Shown one piece after another: positions 29,825-42,691 of a stretch of 64,000 nucleotides of DNA. Both the position numbers and the translations under genes were made by a program. The stretch is from the IMG/VR virus record IMGVR_UViG_3300005613_000018, positions 1 to 64,000 of that record. One strand, written 5' to 3'. Origin of the DNA: a virus. Every line of letters starts with the position of its first letter. Position 1 is the stretch's first letter. Under the pieces are notes generated by a model that worked only from the letters and a program-made list of their open reading frames with translations, was not told the origin of the DNA and searched no databases.

Positions 29825-32800
29825 ATGCCTCTCAGTCGCTTAGATAATTTCCTGAAAAACGTTCGTGGTAACATTCTCTATGTTGACCCAAACAGTTTAG
29901 ATTCTACTGATGTTGTTGAAAATCAAGGCAACTCAATGGCACGTCCATTTAAGACGTTGCAAAGAGCACTCATTGAAGCTTCGAGATTTTCATACCAAAA
30001 AGGGTTAGACAATGATAGATTTGAAAAAACTACTATCATGTTGGCTCCAGGTAATCATTATATTGACAATAGACCTGGTTTGATTCCTGATGGACCTAAT
30101 AATTTTAAGACTAGAGCGGGAACAACAACTGATGACTTAGCTCCATTTACATCATCTTCTGTATTTGATATTTTTGACGCTAACAATATTCTTTATAAGT
30201 TAAACAGTATCTACGGTGGTATAGTTGTACCAAGAGGTGTTTCGATTGTTGGACAGGACTTAAGAAAGTGTAAGATTCGTCCTTTATATGTTCCAAGTCC
30301 AACTAATGATGATATCGAAAGATCTGCTATTTTTAGAGTAACTGGTGCAACTTATTTTAATTCTTTTTCAATATTTGATGCCGATCCAACCAAGAATGTT
30401 TACACTGATTATACTACATCACAATTAGCTCCTAATTTTTCACACCATAAGTTAACAGCATTTGAATATGCTGATGGTGCTAATGATGTATCTATCGATG
30501 ACGCTTTTATCACAAATTACAACACTGATAGAAGTGATTTGACAATGTATTATGAGAAGGTTGGTCTTGTTTATGGACCAGGTTCTGGTAGAGAAATTGA
30601 ACCTGATTATCCATCTTCTGGTGTAGATATTCAAACAAAAACTGATGAGTTTCGTATTGTTGGACCAACAGGTGGTTCAATCGGAATTACCAGTATCAGA
30701 GCTGGTGATGGTTCTACATCGACTAATACAATTACAGTTAATCTTCAAGAAGGTTTAGATGGTCTTAATGTTGACACCAGAGTCATTATTGATGGTGTCA
30801 CAAGTTCCGGTTATAATGGTTCTTTCCTTGTTACGGAAGTTTTATCAGTTGATAGTGATGGTGATCCGACTTCATTTACATATGAAGCACCAAATCCACC
30901 AACAAACGCATTACCTTCACCATCTGGTTCTACAGTATCACTTTCCACTAATACCGTATCTTCTGCTTCTCCATATATCTTCAATATCTCAATGAGATCT
31001 GTTCTTGGTCTCTGTGGAATGCATGCAGATGGTTCAAAGGTGACCGGATTTAAGTCCATGTCTGTTGCTCAATTTACTGGGGTAAGTCTTCAGACAGACA
31101 ATAATGCTTTTGTAAAATATAATTCTACTTCTGGTTCTTATGATGATAGTACAACAGTAGATAATCTACAGAATGATTCTGGTGCAAGATACAAACCATC
31201 ATATTCCAATTTCCATATCAAAGCATCAAATAAAGCTTTTATTCAGTTAGTTTCTATATTTGCTATTGGTTTCTCCGAACAATTTGTTGTTGAATCTGGT
31301 GGTGACTTCTCGGTAACAAACTCCAACTCAAACTTTGGACAAAGTGCACTTCGAGGTGAAGGATTTAGAGATCAGGCTTTCACTCAAGATGATGTTGGAT
31401 ACATTACAAATATTATTCCACCACAACAAAACATTGCTGAAAATACAACTTTAGAATATAATTCTATTGATGTATCAAAAACTGTAAGTGTTGGTGATAC
31501 TACTAGATTATATCTTTATAATGAAACTAATTTTGATTCACCACCACCATCAGTAATTCAGGGATACAGAATCGGTGCAAAAGTTGATGATAAAATCAAT
31601 CTTCTTATCCCAAGTGGTGGTTCTCTGAATAATTATTATGCAAAAATCATAATGCCAGATACCCAATCTGGTATTAGTTCCGTAACTTCCACTAAGATTT
31701 CTACTGTTGGTAGAAACGTATCGACAGGTAATAGTATTAGTGCAAATACCCTAACATTTACTGAAAATCATAATTTCTTGAACGGTGAAACCGTTAGAAT
31801 TTTTAGTGACAATACAAGAATTCCCGATGGATTGGAAAATAATAGAGTATATTTTGCAATTACTGATGGAGTTGATCCTGATCAGATAAAGTTTGCTCAG
31901 ACATTTACAGACGCTATTAATGGAAATCAAATTAATATTAACAATTTTGGTGGAATTTTAACTGTCGAAAGTAGAGTGAGTGATAAGAAAAGTGGAGATC
32001 TTGGTCATCCTCTTCAATTTGATACTACAAATAATCAGTGGTACTTAAATGTATCAAATTCACCTACAGATAATACTCTATTCTCTATCATTGATAGTCT
32101 TGGAGTAAGTGGGTTAGGTGATGCCACATCAAGAACTTACATTGAAAGAACACCTGACAAAAGAGGTTCTGAAGATAGAATTTATAAGTATCGTTATGTT
32201 ATTCCATCTCAGTCTGGAATTACTTCGGCTAGACCACCTCAAGATGGATTTATCTTAGAGAAGTCAAATGATGTGACTGGTGCTACTGACACCGAAGTTG
32301 AACTTCAGTTCAACCCCAATGTTGTTACTATGAATAATTTGTCTGAAATGAGAAACTTTAGTTTCTTATCTGGGGCTGAAGCTTCTTCTGGAAGTATAGA
32401 GTTCCAAACTGAACTCCCACACAAACTTTCCATTGGAAATAAAGTTACAATTAATAATGTAACAAGTACAAACTTTCCTACAGGAACTAATGATTCTGGT
32501 TTCAATGGTGAATATACTATCACTGGTATCAGTAGTGCAAAGTCATTTACAGTTTCTACAGATAAAACTGGAATAGGATCATTTACCAATAACACTTCAC
32601 AAAGAACTACATCTCTTCCAACATTTAAGATATCAAACCTTCAAGATAATTTTTATATTTACAGATCTCAACAGGTTAGTGAGTATATCAAAGGAGAACA
32701 AGATGGTGTCTATTATCTGACGTTGTTGAATTCTTCCAACAAACCATCAGTATCACCATTTAACGACGACTTTTATAATTTCACTCAACCAGTCTCAAAT

Positions 32801-35674
32801 CTTTATCCACAATATGATAGAGATAACCCAAATTCTGATCCTGAACCTTCTATTTCATATGCACTTCCAGATAGACTTGGAGAAGTAGTTATTAATGATC
32901 CAAAAGATAGTATTACTAGTGAAACTGTTCAAAAATATTATTTTGACACTAAAGTTGGTACTGCAATCACTGATTTTGCAGTCAATACAACCGGAACTGG
33001 TGGAACGATATTTACTTCCATTGATCATGGAATGAATCGTATTACTAAAGTTAGTATCGCTTCTAGTGGAAGTAATTATGGTAATGGAACTGGTTTATCA
33101 GAAAACTTATATAACGCAAAACTCACAGGATCTTCTACAGGTGTAAATGCTACCGCAAGAGTTACAGTTGATTCTTCTGGTGGACTTACAGATGTTGAAA
33201 TTATGGATGGTGGTACATCTTATGTTGTTGGTGACACTCTTTCGGTTGTAGGTATTGCAACTACAACAGGTTTTACTGCAGGAACTGTTACTGTTGATAA
33301 TATCTACAATAATGTTGGTGATGCACTAGTGGTTCAAGGTATCACATCTACTTCATATTCACAATACAACCAGGTTTACAAAATTACTGGTATTAGTACA
33401 AGTAGAGAAATACAAGTCAATACATCCAGTACAATAACAACAGGAATATCTGGTTCTGGAATTGGAAATACTGTCACAAGTGAATCACTATCCTATTTGG
33501 TTGGCCCAACTTTAGATATTGTCGATCTTACATATGATAGTAGTACTGGAATTTCTACTGTAAGAACATCCCAAAGACATGGACTTAGGTCTAATAATAA
33601 AATTAAGATTTCTGGAAGAAGTAGTGAAATTTTAAACGATGAATTCTTAGTTTTAAGTGTTGACAATGATTTCCCACTGACCAGATTCCAAATTAACGTT
33701 GGTGTTACAACAACTACTGTTTTAACTGGAACTGGAGGAATTGTTTTCCCTCTTGGACTTTCAGCTCAGGGTGGATCTCTCGGACTGTATGATGAAAACT
33801 TTGGTGGTAGAGTTATCAATACTTACGCTGGAATTACAACAGCACTTTCTGTTCAGGTTACTTCTACAACATCTGATCAAATTTCTATTGAAAATCTAGA
33901 TGATTTTGACTTTAAGATTGGTGATTATTTGAGAATTGATGACGAGATTATGAGAATCAAGTCAACTGTTACAACTAATCCTGTAAGTGTTTTCAGAGGT
34001 ATTTTTGGAACTATTCCAGCAACACATGATAGATTTAGTACGGTCAGAAAAATAAATATTGAACCAATTGAATTCCGTAGACCATCAATCATTCGTGCTT
34101 CTGGACATACATTTGAATATCTCGGTTTTGGCCCTGGCAACTATTCCACAGCATTACCACAGAAACAGGATAGAGAATTAACATTAAAAGAAGAACTCAA
34201 CGCACAATCACTTCAAACTAATGGAGGTATTACTAACTTTACTGGAATGAATGATGATGGTGACTTCTTTATTGGTAATAAGAAGACATCTTCTGTTACG
34301 GGTACTGAAGAAGTTTATGATACTCCAATTCAAACTGTTACTGGTGAAGATGTAAGTTCTATCGGTGTTCAAGAAGGTTCTTCCTTTAATGTTGGTAATT
34401 TCTCATCACTTGCTATTTCTAATAGTATTAAGATTGAAGGTGGAAGAAATAAGACACTTCTTTCAGAATTTGATGGGCCAGTTGTGTTCACTGAAAAAGT
34501 GACTTCTACTTCAGAAAGGGGTATTGAAGCTAACTCTATTTTCTTACAAGGTGATACAACAGTTTCGAGAAATGTTACCGTAGGTATTTCAACACCTACA
34601 AGTGCAGGTAATCCTGGAGATGTTGTTTTTAACGCTAACCCAACAAGAGGAAATGAAGTTGGTTGGGTTTATACTCTAGAAAATGACTGGTATCCATTTG
34701 GTAATATCAATGTCAATACTGAAACAAATTCAGTAACCTTTGACAGTGTTGGAATTGCTACAACATCATCCGGTGATTGTACTCTTAAAGTTGGTTCTGG
34801 AACTTCATTGTTCTGTGTCGATTCTACTGGTGTTGGTATTGGAACTACCGCTAATGGTTATAAGTTACATGTAGATGGAACTATAAAAGGTTCATTTGTT
34901 GGTGATGGTTCCGGAATTCTCAATCTTCCAACAGATTCTCTTTGGACTTTAGATTCTGGTAACATTTATCCAAACGAAAATCGCCCAGTTGGTGTTGGAA
35001 CAACAGTACCAACAGGACTTTATTCTCTTGAACTTGGAACAACTGGAACTGATAAAACAGATCTTTATGTGAGAAACAAATCTAGATTTATCGGTGAGGT
35101 TGATTTTGACGATAAAGTTACCATTGATGGAAAACTAACTTCTAGTAGTTTTGATCTTGATGATACGAGTGGAGATATTAGAACTGGAATTATTACAACA
35201 ACAACTCTCAAAGTTGGAACTTCTGATCTTTCAGCAGGATCATCTGGTGTTGGAATTGGAACAGCTTCTGTAAGATCCGCAAAACTTGATATTGAAGGAG
35301 CTACAAGATTTAAAACATATTATGAAATCCCAAGAACAGTTTCTTCATCGAGTGGTGTTTTTACAGTTGATCTCTCATTAGCTCAAACATTCTTAGTCAC
35401 AACAACTGAAAATATTACTCAGTTTAGATTAATCAATGTTCCATCCTCATCATCAACAGCCTTTACTATTAAAATTACTCAGGGATCAACTGGCAGAACA
35501 GTTGATATAGATAACTTTAGAAATGCTTCATCATCTCCAATCCCACTTTATTGGCCAGGTGGAGTTGCACCAACTGTCACGATTATAGGTGGAGCAACTG
35601 ACATTTATTCGTTTATGACATTTGATGGTGGTAATTCTCTTTACGGTGTTGTCGGAGGTCAGAACTTCTCATGA
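29825..35674 (+). CDS. Large virion structural/tail fibre protein (1949 aa)
   Basis: MPLSRLDNFLKN..ILYVDP..RPFKTLQRAL N-terminus; VGIGT repeats; late promoter-like ATAAATA at ~29789. Confidence 0.8.
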   Translation: MPLSRLDNFLKNVRGNILYVDPNSLDSTDVVENQGNSMARPFKTLQRALIEASRFSYQKGLDNDRFEKTTIMLAPGNHYIDNRPGLIPDGPNNFKTRAGTTTDDLAPFTSSSVFDIFDANNILYKLNSIYGGIVVPRGVSIVGQDLRKCKIRPLYVPSPTNDDIERSAIFRVTGATYFNSFSIFDADPTKNVYTDYTTSQLAPNFSHHKLTAFEYADGANDVSIDDAFITNYNTDRSDLTMYYEKVGLVYGPGSGREIEPDYPSSGVDIQTKTDEFRIVGPTGGSIGITSIRAGDGSTSTNTITVNLQEGLDGLNVDTRVIIDGVTSSGYNGSFLVTEVLSVDSDGDPTSFTYEAPNPPTNALPSPSGSTVSLSTNTVSSASPYIFNISMRSVLGLCGMHADGSKVTGFKSMSVAQFTGVSLQTDNNAFVKYNSTSGSYDDSTTVDNLQNDSGARYKPSYSNFHIKASNKAFIQLVSIFAIGFSEQFVVESGGDFSVTNSNSNFGQSALRGEGFRDQAFTQDDVGYITNIIPPQQNIAENTTLEYNSIDVSKTVSVGDTTRLYLYNETNFDSPPPSVIQGYRIGAKVDDKINLLIPSGGSLNNYYAKIIMPDTQSGISSVTSTKISTVGRNVSTGNSISANTLTFTENHNFLNGETVRIFSDNTRIPDGLENNRVYFAITDGVDPDQIKFAQTFTDAINGNQININNFGGILTVESRVSDKKSGDLGHPLQFDTTNNQWYLNVSNSPTDNTLFSIIDSLGVSGLGDATSRTYIERTPDKRGSEDRIYKYRYVIPSQSGITSARPPQDGFILEKSNDVTGATDTEVELQFNPNVVTMNNLSEMRNFSFLSGAEASSGSIEFQTELPHKLSIGNKVTINNVTSTNFPTGTNDSGFNGEYTITGISSAKSFTVSTDKTGIGSFTNNTSQRTTSLPTFKISNLQDNFYIYRSQQVSEYIKGEQDGVYYLTLLNSSNKPSVSPFNDDFYNFTQPVSNLYPQYDRDNPNSDPEPSISYALPDRLGEVVINDPKDSITSETVQKYYFDTKVGTAITDFAVNTTGTGGTIFTSIDHGMNRITKVSIASSGSNYGNGTGLSENLYNAKLTGSSTGVNATARVTVDSSGGLTDVEIMDGGTSYVVGDTLSVVGIATTTGFTAGTVTVDNIYNNVGDALVVQGITSTSYSQYNQVYKITGISTSREIQVNTSSTITTGISGSGIGNTVTSESLSYLVGPTLDIVDLTYDSSTGISTVRTSQRHGLRSNNKIKISGRSSEILNDEFLVLSVDNDFPLTRFQINVGVTTTTVLTGTGGIVFPLGLSAQGGSLGLYDENFGGRVINTYAGITTALSVQVTSTTSDQISIENLDDFDFKIGDYLRIDDEIMRIKSTVTTNPVSVFRGIFGTIPATHDRFSTVRKINIEPIEFRRPSIIRASGHTFEYLGFGPGNYSTALPQKQDRELTLKEELNAQSLQTNGGITNFTGMNDDGDFFIGNKKTSSVTGTEEVYDTPIQTVTGEDVSSIGVQEGSSFNVGNFSSLAISNSIKIEGGRNKTLLSEFDGPVVFTEKVTSTSERGIEANSIFLQGDTTVSRNVTVGISTPTSAGNPGDVVFNANPTRGNEVGWVYTLENDWYPFGNINVNTETNSVTFDSVGIATTSSGDCTLKVGSGTSLFCVDSTGVGIGTTANGYKLHVDGTIKGSFVGDGSGILNLPTDSLWTLDSGNIYPNENRPVGVGTTVPTGLYSLELGTTGTDKTDLYVRNKSRFIGEVDFDDKVTIDGKLTSSSFDLDDTSGDIRTGIITTTTLKVGTSDLSAGSSGVGIGTASVRSAKLDIEGATRFKTYYEIPRTVSSSSGVFTVDLSLAQTFLVTTTENITQFRLINVPSSSSTAFTIKITQGSTGRTVDIDNFRNASSSPIPLYWPGGVAPTVTIIGGATDIYSFMTFDGGNSLYGVVGGQNFS

Positions 35675-37323
35675 GTCCTATTTCAATAAACATTTTCAGA
35701 AAAATTAAAACTCAACTAGAGTTAGATCCACCGGAATTATCATTTTCATCACAACCAACATCACAGTCAAATGATCCTGGTGAAAGTGTAACGTTTACAG
35801 GAACTGCAATAGCTGATGGTGATGGAACAATTTCATATCAATGGTATGAAAATGGAACCGCATTAAGTGATGGTGGAAGAATATCAGGTTCTTCCACTAA
35901 TTCATTAACAATCACTAACTTACAAAGCCCTAGTGATAGTGATAGATCATTTTTTCTTAGAGCAACTTATACACCTGGAGCAACTTCAGGTAATGCTACA
36001 AATAGTCCTATAGATTCAAATACAGTTTCACTAACTGTTTGGCCATCACTTTCTATCACAACACAACCAACAGATCAAACAACGACTGTAGATACGACCG
36101 TTACATTTTCAGCGGCTGCTTCAATTTCCGACAGTTCTTATGGCCCCATCAATTATCTTTGGACAAGAGATGGAACTACGATTCAAACTAGTACTAGTAA
36201 TAGTGTTACCATCACTCCAACAACAGATGGTACATTTGATATTCAAGTAACTGCCTATGTTGACACTGACGATGGTAGAAAACAAGTAGTATCCAATACT
36301 GCAACATTAACTGCTTTAGCTATTAAAAGAAACATATTAGTTATTGAGGCTATAAAATCAGGTACTGGAGGAGATACCATAAGAACTGAAGTTGATTTTG
36401 ACCCAGAGGGAACTGAATACACTATTGACGGAAGTACACAGGGTTTTCCGTATGGTATTATTCAATTTTATGCAAAAGAAAAAGATCTTACTGTAGATTT
36501 AACTATGAGAGGTGCTGCTGGAGTTGTAACTGGAGATCCTGTAAATCGACGAAGGACAGCAGGAAGAGGTGGTGTTTCTACAATTAGATTTACTATGGAA
36601 AAAGATGTAGAATATACACTTCTAGGAATAAGTCCAGCTTCGGCATTATTTCTTTATAGAGGATCAGTTTTACTTGCAGTTGTCGGTCAAGGTGGCAATA
36701 AAAGTGATTTTGAAAGTGAAATAGCTGGAGATGGTGGTGGAGTGAATGTAGCAGGGGGAGAGGGAAAATCTGGTTTTTATCCCGGTACATCTACAACGAA
36801 TGAAAGAGCATCTGGTGGTTCCTTAATTCCAATTGGAGAACTTACACTAAATGGTATCTGGAGTCCTATTCCCGATCAGCCAACATTGCAACCTGGTGAT
36901 AGTTATCCGGAGAGAGAACTTGGAATACCAGGTCGAACAATCTCATGTACCAAAGGAACCTATTGGTTGAATCAAGGAATATCACCTTGTTCAAATAATA
37001 GTTCATCAAAAATTAAATATAGAAGCACCAGTGGTCGTGAAGAACCAAAAAGTTCTCCATTAATAAGAGGATTTAAACCAGGTTATACGATTACTAGTAC
37101 TGCTGGTGATCCAATAGTTATTCGGAATGGTAGAACCTTCATATCAAGAGGTTCTGCTGGTGGAAACGGAGCTACAGGAGGATCGGGGTCAATAAAAGGA
37201 GTTGGTGGTGGAGGAGGAAGTGGTTACTCAAATGGTGAAGTTGAAATTATACAAACACGACGAGGTGGAAATAATTCTTTAAAATCTTCAGTGACTTTTA
37301 CAATATTAGAAGAAAATAAATAA
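35671..37323 (+). CDS. Ig-like domain tail protein with Gly-rich C-terminus
   Basis: Two QP..Q/YQW/LTI Ig-type repeats, GGGGGSGY. Confidence 0.7.
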   Translation: MSPISINIFRKIKTQLELDPPELSFSSQPTSQSNDPGESVTFTGTAIADGDGTISYQWYENGTALSDGGRISGSSTNSLTITNLQSPSDSDRSFFLRATYTPGATSGNATNSPIDSNTVSLTVWPSLSITTQPTDQTTTVDTTVTFSAAASISDSSYGPINYLWTRDGTTIQTSTSNSVTITPTTDGTFDIQVTAYVDTDDGRKQVVSNTATLTALAIKRNILVIEAIKSGTGGDTIRTEVDFDPEGTEYTIDGSTQGFPYGIIQFYAKEKDLTVDLTMRGAAGVVTGDPVNRRRTAGRGGVSTIRFTMEKDVEYTLLGISPASALFLYRGSVLLAVVGQGGNKSDFESEIAGDGGGVNVAGGEGKSGFYPGTSTTNERASGGSLIPIGELTLNGIWSPIPDQPTLQPGDSYPERELGIPGRTISCTKGTYWLNQGISPCSNNSSSKIKYRSTSGREEPKSSPLIRGFKPGYTITSTAGDPIVIRNGRTFISRGSAGGNGATGGSGSIKGVGGGGGSGYSNGEVEIIQTRRGGNNSLKSSVTFTILEENK

Positions 37324-37376
37324 TAACTCTAAATAAGAGGGTATAACTCTAAGGTGAGGAGTGCTCCCTTTCTACT

Positions 37377-40300
37377 ATGTCGATTAATAAGAAGTTTGTT
37401 GTTAAGTACGGAATTGATGTAGCTGATGAACTTTTAATTGCATCTACAGATCTTGGAGGAGTTGGAATTGGTTCAACTCTTCCGAAAGCAAATTTAGATG
37501 TCGCTAACAATATGAGAGGTGTAGATGGTCTCTATACCGGTATTTTGACTGCCAATAATGATTTTCATGTTGGTTCTGGTGGAACTGTCTTAACTGTTGA
37601 CAGTGGAACTTCAAATGCTGGATTCGGGATAACAAATTCTGAGTATAAATTATCTGTAGTTTCATCAGGTAACACAGCTCTTTATGTTGATGGATCTTTT
37701 GAAGTTACCGAAAATGTAAAAATTGTTGGACTAACTACATTTTCCAGTGGTATAATAGTAGTAAGTGGTGTTTCTACATTAGGTGTAACAACTGTTACTG
37801 ATTTAACGTCACAACAACTTATTGTCTCTGGTGTTTCTACATTAGGTGTAACAACTCTCACCGACTTAACATCACAACAACTTATTGTAAGTGGTGTTTC
37901 TACATTTACAGGAAATATTGACGCTGATGGTGATTTAGATGTAGATGGGCATACGGAACTTGATGACTTAAATGTTTCTGGAGTATCTACATATTCTGGA
38001 TTAGTTGATATGGATGGTGGTGGAAGATCCACAACATTCAAAGTAGAAGATTTAACAGATAATCGTGTTGTGATATCTGGAACTGGTGGTGAACTTGAGG
38101 ATGACGCTAACTTTACCTTTGATGGTAATCAATTAACACTTGGTGCTAGATTAAATGTTTCTGGTGTAACCACTACTGGTGGTTTACTTGATATCAATGC
38201 TGGTGGTCAGGCAAACACATTTAAGGTTGAAGATCTCACAGATAATCGTGTAGTAATTGCTGGAACTGGTGGTGAACTTGAGGATGACGCTAACTTTACC
38301 TTTGATGGTAATCAATTAACACTTGGTGCTAGATTAAATGTTTCTGGTGTATCTACTTTTGCCTCCAATTTAGATGTTGATGGTCATACAGAACTAGATG
38401 ATGTAAACGTTTCGGGTGTTTTAACCTCATCTGCAATTAAAGTAGGCTCAGCAGTTACTATTAACTCCTCAGGTCTAGATGTTCTCGGAATTGTAACAGC
38501 GATTGGTTTTATTGGTGATGGTTCTGGATTAACTGGTGTTGCTAATACTGATGTTATCACCTCGGACTTTATTCTGACTGGAATTCTAACTGCTAGAGAT
38601 AACTTATATGTTGGTAATCCAGTTAGTCCAGGTATTGGAATTACTCTTAATAGTAATGGTAGTGCTGTTTACAGTGGATCTATTACAGCATCTTCATTTT
38701 CCGGAGATGGTTCTAATTTAACTGGTGTAACTGCTGGATATTGGGAAAAAACAGACGTTGGTATTAACACAATATCAAGTGTTGGCATTGGAATTACAAG
38801 TCCATCAAGAAATTTAGATATTAATGGTGATATTAGAGTTCGTGGAGCTTTTTATGACACTAATAATAGTGTAGGTACTGCTGGTTCTGTCATAGCTTCT
38901 ACTGGTTCAGGTTGGGAATGGGTAGTTGCTGGTTCTGGTCCTACTGGCCCTCAAGGAACCACAGGTCCAACAGGTCCAACAGGTCCTACTGGCTCAACAG
39001 GTCCAACAGGTCCTACTGGTGCTCAAGGAACCACAGGAACTGCAGGATCTACCGGTCCTCAAGGAACTACAGGAACAACAGGAAATACAGGTCCTACTGG
39101 TGCTCAAGGAACCACAGGAACTGCAGGATCTACCGGTCCTCAAGGAACCACAGGATCAACAGGTCCAACAGGTAGCACTGGCCCCACAGGTCCTCAAGGA
39201 ACCACAGGATCAACAGGTCCAACAGGTAGCACTGGCCCCACAGGTCCCACAGGTCCTACTGGTCCTCAAGGAACACAAGGTAGACAAGGAACCACAGGAT
39301 CGACAGGTCCAACAGGTAGCACTGGTCCCACAGGTCCCACAGGTCCTACTGGTCCTCAAGGAACACAAGGTAGGCAAGGTAGACAAGGGACAACAGGATC
39401 AACAGGTCCAACAGGTAGCACTGGTCCCACAGGTCCCACAGGTCCTACTGGTCCTCAAGGAACACAAGGTAGGCAAGGTAGGCAAGGAACTACAGGTCCT
39501 ACAGGTCCTACAGGATCAACAGGTGGCACTGGTCCTCAAGGAACACAAGGTAGACAAGGGACAACAGGATCAACAGGTCCTGCCGGGCCCTCCAATGTTG
39601 TTAATGTGTCAACAACAACAGACACTACTACATATCCAGTGCTTGTTGGTTCTTCTACAGCTGGTAATAAAACACCATTAATTGATAGTGGTTTTGAATT
39701 CAATACTTCAACTCCAATGTTGGAGGTGAAATCTACTAGCTCCTCTGGTGGTGTGGTTGCTGGTACTTATGGATCTGGTAGATATTCACATATGTCCGCA
39801 GGTTTGCTCAATTTCTATACAGATGCTTCCTCTTATACATTTTTACAAGGAAGATCTACTGGTGGGGCAATTCGACTCTCCCTTTCATTTGATTCCAGTA
39901 AGTCGTATATAAACAGTGCTAGTACTAACTTATTGCAATTCCAGCCATCAGGTGGCACCACACTTAACACAGGTAATTTTATTCCAACAGTTGATAATTC
40001 CTACTCACTTGGAGGTTCTGGCAACCGATGGACTGCGGTATATGCTGTAAATGGAACAATTCAAACTTCAGATCAAAGACAAAAAACAAATATCACTTCT
40101 TCCAATCTTGGTTTAGACTTTATCACTAGACTCAACCCTGTTTCATATAGATGGATTGAAGGTGGTAAAGTAGTTCAGCGTGAAGAAGATGGAGAGGTAT
40201 CTAAAGATGAAAATGGAGAAATCATCACAACTTCAGTTGCGGGTGTAAGAACTCATTATGGTTTAATCTCACAAGAAGTAAAATCAACTCTTGATGAATT

Positions 40301-40469
40301 AAATGTTAGTGACTTTGCTGGTTGGGTTCTTTCAGATACAAGTGATTCTAATTCTGAACAAGGTCTTCGTTATACTGAGTTTATTTCACCAATGATTAAG
40401 GCAATTCAAGAACAACAAACAACCATCGAATCACTTACATCAAGAATCGAAGCACTTGAAGGTTCTTAA
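37377..40469 (+). CDS. Tail fibre with collagen repeats and C-terminal S74-type intramolecular chaperone
   Basis: VSGVST repeats, (Gxy)n block, TSDQRQK..., [23 protein letters not shown]. Confidence 0.88.
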   Translation: MSINKKFVVKYGIDVADELLIASTDLGGVGIGSTLPKANLDVANNMRGVDGLYTGILTANNDFHVGSGGTVLTVDSGTSNAGFGITNSEYKLSVVSSGNTALYVDGSFEVTENVKIVGLTTFSSGIIVVSGVSTLGVTTVTDLTSQQLIVSGVSTLGVTTLTDLTSQQLIVSGVSTFTGNIDADGDLDVDGHTELDDLNVSGVSTYSGLVDMDGGGRSTTFKVEDLTDNRVVISGTGGELEDDANFTFDGNQLTLGARLNVSGVTTTGGLLDINAGGQANTFKVEDLTDNRVVIAGTGGELEDDANFTFDGNQLTLGARLNVSGVSTFASNLDVDGHTELDDVNVSGVLTSSAIKVGSAVTINSSGLDVLGIVTAIGFIGDGSGLTGVANTDVITSDFILTGILTARDNLYVGNPVSPGIGITLNSNGSAVYSGSITASSFSGDGSNLTGVTAGYWEKTDVGINTISSVGIGITSPSRNLDINGDIRVRGAFYDTNNSVGTAGSVIASTGSGWEWVVAGSGPTGPQGTTGPTGPTGPTGSTGPTGPTGAQGTTGTAGSTGPQGTTGTTGNTGPTGAQGTTGTAGSTGPQGTTGSTGPTGSTGPTGPQGTTGSTGPTGSTGPTGPTGPTGPQGTQGRQGTTGSTGPTGSTGPTGPTGPTGPQGTQGRQGRQGTTGSTGPTGSTGPTGPTGPTGPQGTQGRQGRQGTTGPTGPTGSTGGTGPQGTQGRQGTTGSTGPAGPSNVVNVSTTTDTTTYPVLVGSSTAGNKTPLIDSGFEFNTSTPMLEVKSTSSSGGVVAGTYGSGRYSHMSAGLLNFYTDASSYTFLQGRSTGGAIRLSLSFDSSKSYINSASTNLLQFQPSGGTTLNTGNFIPTVDNSYSLGGSGNRWTAVYAVNGTIQTSDQRQKTNITSSNLGLDFITRLNPVSYRWIEGGKVVQREEDGEVSKDENGEIITTSVAGVRTHYGLISQEVKSTLDELNVSDFAGWVLSDTSDSNSEQGLRYTEFISPMIKAIQEQQTTIESLTSRIEALEGS
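38933..39590 (+). repeat. Collagen-coding tandem repeats ([12 protein letters not shown])
   Basis: 9-bp-period repeats with higher-order duplication. Confidence 0.9.
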
Positions 40470-40890
40470 ACCACTTCATAAACCGTCTACAAGAACCCTC
40501 ACAGTCTTCTGTGGGGGTTTTATAGTATCTGAGTTCTATCATTCTCTGAGAGGTCTCTATGGTCGTCTGTGAGGGTTCTAATCATTCTCTTGACAAGTAT
40601 CATTATCATGAGTAGAATACCTTTGTTAGGGATGATAAGAATGGCTTTGCGTTATTGTTAGTAACCTTTAAAGTTCTCCTGTAATGTATCCAACTGACTA
40701 TGAAACCTAAATTCATTTGTGTTCAACCAAAATCAAGTAAAGCAAAGAACAGATTTGCAAACTTGATGTATAATCTACATTCATGTAGAATTGAACAGGA
40801 AGATGGTGATAAGATTTTTCTTTCATCTATCACTGGCAAATACCACTTCTGGATGAACAAAATCAACGATGAAAACTGGACGGTAATCAA

Positions 40891-41259
40891 ATGACCATTT
40901 CATACAACAAAACTTGGGAAGTAATGAATGGTTTGGAAGAATCATTCAATCGAATCTCAACTCTAGAGTTTATGATTGAACAACTGGGAGAAGCAGTTGA
41001 TAACGAAGATCAACGATCAGTGATTAATTTGACTCGTGCTCTTCAAAGTTTCATGCCTGTTTATGTTAATCAGTATGAAAAAGCATCACAGCGAGCATGG
41101 AATAACACTGTTGGTGAAGTTCGTAAACTAGATAATCCTTATCATAGTTACGAAACTGACAAATCTACATCTAGTCTAGAAGATGTGGACATTGATTATA
41201 ATGAACTTCAAAAGTTTTTTGAAGATGACATCACCGAACAAACTTCCGAAAGAGAATGA
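40891..41259 (+). CDS. Hypothetical protein
   Basis: 122-aa ORF. Confidence 0.65.
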   Translation: MTISYNKTWEVMNGLEESFNRISTLEFMIEQLGEAVDNEDQRSVINLTRALQSFMPVYVNQYEKASQRAWNNTVGEVRKLDNPYHSYETDKSTSSLEDVDIDYNELQKFFEDDITEQTSERE

Positions 41260-42177
41260 TTAATCATCGTATTTTCGAACACATTGAGCCTCAAGATGTT
41301 GAGGCTTTTCTTCAAGATTGTTCCAGTGAAGCCAATAAACTTGGAATCAATCTCGAACATTACATTGAAGAATATGTAATTCTTGAGGAAATTAATTATG
41401 ACTAAAGTTCAAGATCTTATTATTGCACTGAATCAAATTGAAAACTTGGTATCACTTCTCGATGAAAATCCAGAGAAAACATTTATGTTCAATCAGCTGA
41501 TTCCTGTGAAGTATGAACTTCAGAAACAAATTCAAAGTCTGACAAAAAAAGAAGTTGACATTGATTAATTTTTAAGTTATAGTTTGATTGTAATTTACTT
41601 TACTGATGAAATACTTCTTTGTTGTTGACCATTTTGTTCCGTTTCCAACTTCCGAATACGGTGGAATTTGGAATGTAATTGCTGAAAATGAGGAAGAATG
41701 TTTTGACTTAATTTCTCATGAAGATGATGCATTTCATTTTGAGTATTATGGTAAATTAAGGGAAAATATTAGAAAATCCTCTAAATATTCCTTAGTTGAT
41801 GAACTAGAGTCAAAAGTTGTAACCTCATTCCTTACCTAATATGGAAAGTACAAGAGCAATATCCATCATTCAACAACTCAACACTCACATTGCAGAATTA
41901 GAGAAAAAAATTGTCTCTCAAAAAGAAGAGATTTTGGGACTTGAAAATCTTATTAAATTACTTCGAGCAGACATGCCAGACAATAGGGAATTTGATGAAT
42001 GAGTGAAAAAGAAAAACTTGCACTCGGTCTTATGATTGAGAGTGTTTTGAAACCTGATACAAAACTTCGAAGTTGTGCATTCAATCAAGGATGTTATGAT
42101 GAGTTGATGGAGTGGAGGAAGAAAATTCTAAATCTACTCTATCAATACGAAGTTCATGAAAATTCTTTTGATATTCG

Positions 42178-42459
42178 ATGAAATTTCCTTTCAAAGCTCC
42201 TCTAAACCATGAATATTGGACAGATGATTATTCTCAAACTGTCACAAGAATATGGATAAAAAATAAATCGATGGAGTTTACTTATGGTGATGAGAAACAT
42301 CCAAGTTCTGTTTGGGGGTTTTGGGATAAAAAGAAAAAAGTTTTTCTGTCACCGATTAATCATAAAAAACCTGGTAAAGTTGTAAATATTGAAAATTGCA
42401 CTCCATATTCTGCAATGCAACTTAATCTAAATCCACTGATGTCAGCTTTTAACTCATGA
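42178..42459 (+). CDS. Conserved cyanophage hypothetical protein
   Basis: VWGF..SPINHKKPGK..TPYSAMQLNLNPL. Confidence 0.7.
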   Translation: MKFPFKAPLNHEYWTDDYSQTVTRIWIKNKSMEFTYGDEKHPSSVWGFWDKKKKVFLSPINHKKPGKVVNIENCTPYSAMQLNLNPLMSAFNS

Positions 42460-42691
42460 CAAAATACGAGCCAGAAGTAAATGATTACGTTCAGTGGAGA
42501 AATCATCAAGGATGGGTTTATTTCAAGGATGAGGAACATATTACCATTGAAATTGGTGTCAAAGAAAAACCACATTGTGAATATGTAAAAAATAGTTTAC
42601 ATTGTAAAGACCATATTTTGATTGTTTGTCAAAATTGGTATTGGCATGAACTTAAATATGTAAAATCAAGAAAATCAATTTATGAGGAACA

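Noticed and set aside
38926-39681. 251-aa Q/V-rich overlapping ORF
   Set aside because: Shifted-frame shadow of the collagen repeat
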